DNA of 62,941 nucleotides, from assembly GCF_000143415.4 (NCBI RefSeq), contig NW_003314315.1, positions 755,974 to 818,914 of the forward strand, written 5' to 3'. Under the pieces are notes generated by a model. The model was given only the letters and a program-made list of their open reading frames with translations, did no database searches and was not told the origin of the DNA. Made by a program: the position numbers and the translations under genes. Source of the DNA: Selaginella moellendorffii. Taxonomy: Eukaryota; Plantae; Lycopodiophyta. Every line of letters starts with the position of its first letter. Position 1 is the first letter of the stretch. Positions 58,041 to 62,941 of the stretch are shown piece after piece.

Positions 58041-58732
58041 ATGGGCGCCTTCCTGGACCGGAAGGTTAGGTGCTGAGGGAAGGCAAGTTCATCTGAAATC
58101 CAAAGGGAATTCTGTTTGAGAATATTCTCCGTGACGAACCCCGGTTCTGCCTCGTCCTGGAAGCTATTAACCTGCTTCTAGATGCGTCGTCTCTCGTAGA
58201 TCTAGCGCTCACTCAGGCGAGCTCTCTTACAGGATGTGGATCGCGAGGGCCAATGATCAAGAAATGCTTGCCAAGCGGAAGAACGCTGTGTCGGTGGCGC
58301 CAAGCAGGCCTCAACGGGCCGTCCCCAAGGAAGCGATTGCTCCTTCCAAGGCAGAGCGCGACGAGGTTAGAAATTCTAGTCCCGTTTTCTTTTCCTCACA
58401 TCACGTATGGACTGGAAAGATGGCGGCGAAGGATCTCCAGAAGAAGAGCATGAAGCTCGACGAGTTCCCGGAGGTGTCGGGCTAGTTGGCGTCTCAAGGG
58501 ATTAAAGCGTGCTCAAGAGCGTGCAGCACGAGAAGGAGCGAATCTTCCAGATCTTAAGTGTTTTCTCTTCCATTTTCCTCTTTACTCCTCGTGGCTTACG
58601 AATCGAGGGGATACAGTGACCGATGGGGATCGTCTGATGCAAAGTAACAAGCGAACGGCACATTCCAACGCACATCTCCATGCTATTCGTGACAGAAAAC
58701 GTAAGTACGAGCAGGAACAGGAGGCCGGACGC

Positions 58733-59448
58733 TCAGAGGATGAGCCTGCGAAACAAGATTCTCTGTCTGCGAGGGAAGGTTCTCGGTCTCCGAGGGAAGG
58801 TTCTCGGATGAGAGCTGTGAGGTTCTCGGTCCTCTGTGGCAATGGGATTCCCTTGCCAAGACTGATGTGGTCTGACGCGACCACTCAGTTGGTCTTGAGC
58901 TTGAGCTTGTCTCATGTGTAATTGCTGCTGCTGCTGCTGCTGCTGCTGAAGTTGTTGTTGCTGTGGTTGCTGCTGCTGGATGTGCTGCTGCTGGATTTGC
59001 TGGGGCTGCTGCTGGAGCCCTGGCTGCTGAGGACCCATGAGAGACGAAGTCCCAGAAACCATCTGAGACGCATCCGACGGATTTGGCGGGGGAGCGTTGC
59101 TGTTGTTCTGGGACGACTTATACTCTAGCGAGAGCATCTTCACGGATATCCTCCGGATATAGTCTTGCTGAACAAGGAAAAAGAAACTTTTCTATCAGGG
59201 GAGCGAGGAGAAACTTGCCTGATCCGTCGCCGTCATGTAAACCCTCTCCTCGAAGCGGCATGCGATCTCGAGCAGCTCGTTCATGCCGTCGGGCAGATTG
59301 TGTGGCATATGCTTCTGGAGCGTGTCCATTCTGCCCATTACCAGAGACAAGGCCATTAGGATCAATCCAGAGAGCTAGAGGAGAGCTCTTACATTCTCTC
59401 GACGATCTTATTCCGCGCATCGGAGCATAGGCCACTACGCCAATCCAT
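58733..59448 (-). CDS. Truncated MED15 duplicate (KIX, short poly-Q, novel basic tail), ~200 aa; gene or young pseudogene
   Basis: Three exons homologous to the MED15 5' end with splice sites kept and no stop through KIX. Homology ends at GNPIA (~58838) and the frame reads on to a TGA at 58733. Confidence 0.6.
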
Positions 59449-59519
59449 TGCCCTCGTCTTCTAAAACCCTGGCTAGCGCTCCTCCTATTTGAATAAAATA
59501 ATGGGAAGTCAACGCCCAC

Positions 59520-59965
59520 CAGTGCAGATCTGGAAGACTTTCGCAGCACGTTCCTGCGCCAGCGCTACGAAAAAAATAGTTTTTCAGAGCCTGCGCAACT
59601 CATCAACTTCTCTTGAGCTTTGGTATAATAGCCGAAGAAACTTGCCTGTGCACGAGTGGAAAATCCATTAGAACCGGATTCTCCTGCTCGGATCAGGGCC
59701 AATGTTCCAGAAGCCTTCTGGTGTCGAGAGAGGAACGTACTTATACCAATGCCTTGACACCTGATTGTGATGCTCACACCGCGAGTTCTTGTTTCGCCTG
59801 GGAGTGAAGAAACAGTCCATTTCGTGCCAGATACGTTAGGAATCTTTGAGCAACTAGGCAGAGCTGAAGATTGTAGTGATGTGATGGAAACACTAAAATC
59901 TCCAAGGAGAGACTAGACTTCTAAGAAAGGAGTGGACTGTGCTTGTTAAGTTAGTGTGGAAGATG
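59520..59965. pseudogene. Duplicated COQ4 3' end and COM1 fragments
   Basis: GATCTGGAAGAC...GCGCTACGAAAAAAATAG matches the COQ4 end. Minus strand 59695-59790 reads SRCEHHNQVSRHWYKYVPLSTPEGFWNIG. Confidence 0.75.
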
Positions 59966-60879
59966 GTTGAGATGACTTTTTGAATTTTGGCATATCTCAA
60001 TTACATTTGATTTTTCATTTTGCATATTGATACTTCTAATATCAGTTTACTGAACATTACAATTAGTAAAGGTAAATTATTTCATAAAAAAAGAGTGTTT
60101 AACAGTAATTTAGGGTTTTGAGAAGCTTCATAAATATTTGCATGGATCTCAGACATTATTAAAAGGTGATTATGCTATGGTTACTTTATTATTAAAGTAA
60201 AATAACTTACTACTCAGTGGGCTCTAAAACTTTAAATATATAATTTCAAGGTTATTCATCACTTATGGAGTATTATGGTTGATGTTGACATTCTTTCTTA
60301 AACTTCTCTCCTTTTTTCACTCTTTTGTTATATTCTTAGTAAGCTTATTATTCAACATCTGTGGATTTTCTAGATGAGAATTTCATGCCGTCAATAATTG
60401 CTATACTTGACTAAGTGTTTACAAAATGTGGAGTAAGATTTAAAAGTTCGTGAGGCTCAAAAGGTTAAACAATGGATCCAAAGGTTTTACAATGGGTTTA
60501 ATAATTTTGCATCACTTACTAATAACTTGTTATTTTAACATTTACAATCTCAATATCACCTTGAGGACAACATTCTTTATTTTGTGGGGATGGATCCTAA
60601 TGATCATTTACGACTAGTGGTGCCTTCAATATTTATTTCACTCTTTCTTCACACTTACTATTATACTCCTATTCTAGGTAGGCATACAAAACATTGTTGT
60701 ATAACTAAAAAGTTCTACACATCTTTCTATTAGCCTAAGATGTGATGTGATGTTATTTTATATATATATAATTGCATTTGGTGCTAAGCTCATAAGACTC
60801 CCCCTTCTATTGTAGAAGGACAATTAAAGTTAATTCTAGTTTCTCGTTTGTTTACATTTGATTTAATAGGGCTTTTTCT

Positions 60880-61940
60880 ATAGTTTATTACTGGCAATAA
60901 GTATGTCATTATTATTTATAATTATTTGACTCAATGGGTGGAAGTTAATGCTTTTGCTAATGTGTCTACAGCTACTATTAGATACTTCCTCCTCAATTGT
61001 ATAATGTTCTAGCATTCTTATCCGAAGCAAATTCTCTCGAATAATAGTTCCGCATTTATGGTTAGGGCATTTCACATTTTAACATCTCAATTGAGGAAAT
61101 GCCATACTTTCACAAGTGTTTATCATCTATAAATAGATGGTTTAGTGAAACAGCTCATTCGGACCTTCAAAAGGATGATTACAAAGTATATGAACTTTCA
61201 ATATTCAGATTAGGATGGTTATTTGTCATTTTTTTTTTATATATTTTCACAAGGGTATAAAGTTTTATTAGTGCTTCACCATATAAAATTCTATATGACC
61301 ATGATTCAATATTACTAACGGAGTTGAGTTTATCTTCACAATTGCCACAAACTACTGATGCTAGGTCTTGATATTAGCATTTGACAAGTATTCTTCCATT
61401 AGTTCAAGTGGAGTTTAATAAACACTTAATCTGTATAAATAGGACAACAACAATGTTACAACTCCTATCATCATCTATATTCAAAGTACAAAATAGATGA
61501 TTTAGTCTTAGTTTATTTTTCCAATCTTATAATATGTGATTTGTTTAAAAGGTTTCTTGCTCAATGGAAGGGACTATATCAGATATTGCAGCAACTTGGA
61601 CCACAAATGTGTAAAGTTTAGCATGATATTCAACAAATACATCCTCCAAATATTATGCATGTGAAGCAATTAAAAAGCTTTATACAAAGGGATCAAACTA
61701 ACACCACCTATAGATCTAATCATGCCTCCTCCTGATGTTCTTCTAAATCTTGACCTATCAACTAGAGAACCCTAATAACCTTCCATCCTTCTGAAAGGAG
61801 GGGATGATATAAAATCCAAGTGCATAATTACGATACCATATATTAATATTAGTGTAGTGGGATTTTAATAACCATTAAAGTGGTTTCAATTTGAACCACT
61901 TACTCTTGTATATAAGCTATGGTTTTAGGATTAATCAAAT
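60880..61940 (+). mobile_element. Old Gypsy integrase remnant with PPT and LTR start
   Basis: HTFTSVYHL*IDGLVKQLIRTFKRMITKY resembles T.YHPQTDG.VER.NRTLK. Followed by W.G.Y, H.KQLK, and the purine tract AAAGGAGGGGA at ~61794. Confidence 0.7.
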
Positions 61941-61942
61941 AT

Positions 61943-62129
61943 ACGTAACCTCTTGAATTTGGACTTCTAAAGATGTCACTCAACCTAATACCTAAAAACG
62001 CTTAACTCTAAATATCTTAAAATTCTTAACCAATTGGAAAAAAAAGTGCACTATTGTTCATGAGTTCTTTCCCTTTATATTTAGACCCCTACAAACTATC
62101 TCTTAAGTTGTTCTCTTTGGTGATTTACA
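61943..62129 (-). mobile_element. Short (~185 bp) solo LTR homologous to 35853-36034
   Basis: Reverse complement TGTAAATCACCAAAGAGAAC...AAATATAAAGGGAAA...GAAGTCCAAATTCAAGAGGTTAC aligns with 35853-36034. Confidence 0.75.
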
Positions 62130-62363
62130 ACATGCAAATGTTAATCTAATAATGTCTACGACAATATTTAAGTAACATTTAGACCACGAGTTACATGGGA
62201 CTAGGTTATAAGGGCTTGGGACATGTTAAATTTGAAGTACAATAACTTGAAATTGCAAATCCATCAACTTAGGTGGGGCATGCAATTATAGGGGCTTGAG
62301 ACATGCTAAATTCAGAGTACAATAACTTGAAAATACAATTTCACTAACAAACAACAACAAGAT

Positions 62364-62760
62364 TGTAGTGCACATGGTTTTTACCCTTTATCCTATGATG
62401 ATTTACCATAGGATAACCACAAAGCAGAACATAAACCCTCTTTGTGCCACGTGACAGATGCCATGTGTCATATGCCACATGTCCAAAGGACAGTGGTGTG
62501 GAACCCAAGTTTCAGGGTCTTGGGCCACTGAACAAAAAAACAGTGCCAAACTCCCAAGCATGGAGCCAAGGAGTGACGGAACTGAACCACGGAGCAACTC
62601 CCGAGCATGTAGCCTAAGGAGCGAAGAGATAGGAGCTCGGAGCGACTTGGAACAGTCCCAGAACAACCAATATCTCAATGCCAAGACCAACACGCAAAAC
62701 AAAGCCAAACGGAGTCTGGCGCTATTTCAGCATACCAGTGGCCTAACATGAGGACATGGG
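62364..62760 (-). mobile_element. LTR end of the same family as 1-1312, in opposite orientation
   Basis: Reverse complement of ~915-1312. Confidence 0.8.
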
Positions 62761-62941
62761 TGTAAGGAACTGACTCCCCGAGATGTCGTAAGGCTAAAGG
62801 ATCCCCAAAAGCTTGACCGAAATGACAAAGAGTTCATTGGATGGGACCAAGTCGAGGATCGAGTCCAAGACCGACTCTAGGACTGAGTTCGAGGTAGAGT
62901 CCGGAATCGAGTCCGAGACCGACTCGGGGACCGAGTTCGAG
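62761..62941 (+). mobile_element. Start of a nested Gypsy LTR of the 39902 family
   Basis: TGTAAGGAAC...ATCCCCAAAAGC...AAGAGTTCAT.GGATGGGACC matches 39902 onward and interrupts the 62364 LTR. Confidence 0.85.

Overview
Eukaryotic plant nuclear DNA. Very short (~50 nt) spliceosomal introns, tight gene packing, a nuclear maturase and chromoviral Gypsy elements suggest a lycophyte such as Selaginella (inference). Layout: (1) 1-5.2 kb holds an LTR end and a complete TRIM retroelement sitting in a decayed ORF. (2) 6.3-27.1 kb is a ~8.2-8.5 kb unit repeated about 2.4 times in tandem. Each unit carries a His/Pro-rich single-pass membrane protein gene (intact only in copy 1) and fragments of LOTUS-domain and FPP-synthase genes; GPAT and B-lectin fragments sit at the array edges, and there are several micro-inversions and one N gap. 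(3) A LEA-like gene and a phospholipase A1 gene. (4) 33.2-41.5 kb is a chromodomain Gypsy element nested in a solo LTR, both with target-site duplications (TSDs), and with a second internal LTR+PBS. (5) A second TRIM and a small secreted Cys-rich peptide gene with a decayed paralog. (6) A compact cluster: type II nuclear maturase (nMAT3/4-like), MDR reductase, MED15, COQ4. (7) 55.7-62.9 kb is a rearranged zone with scrambled COM1/CtIP, SufD and COQ4 fragments, an apparently open KIX-only MED15 duplicate, an integrase remnant and nested LTRs. Best novelty candidates: the kinase-less PERK-like His/Pro membrane protein, the C-x3-C-x7-CC peptide, the KIX-only MED15 copy, the double-PBS retroelement and a promoter-like module shared between LTR families. 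All family assignments come from motif recall, not database searches.
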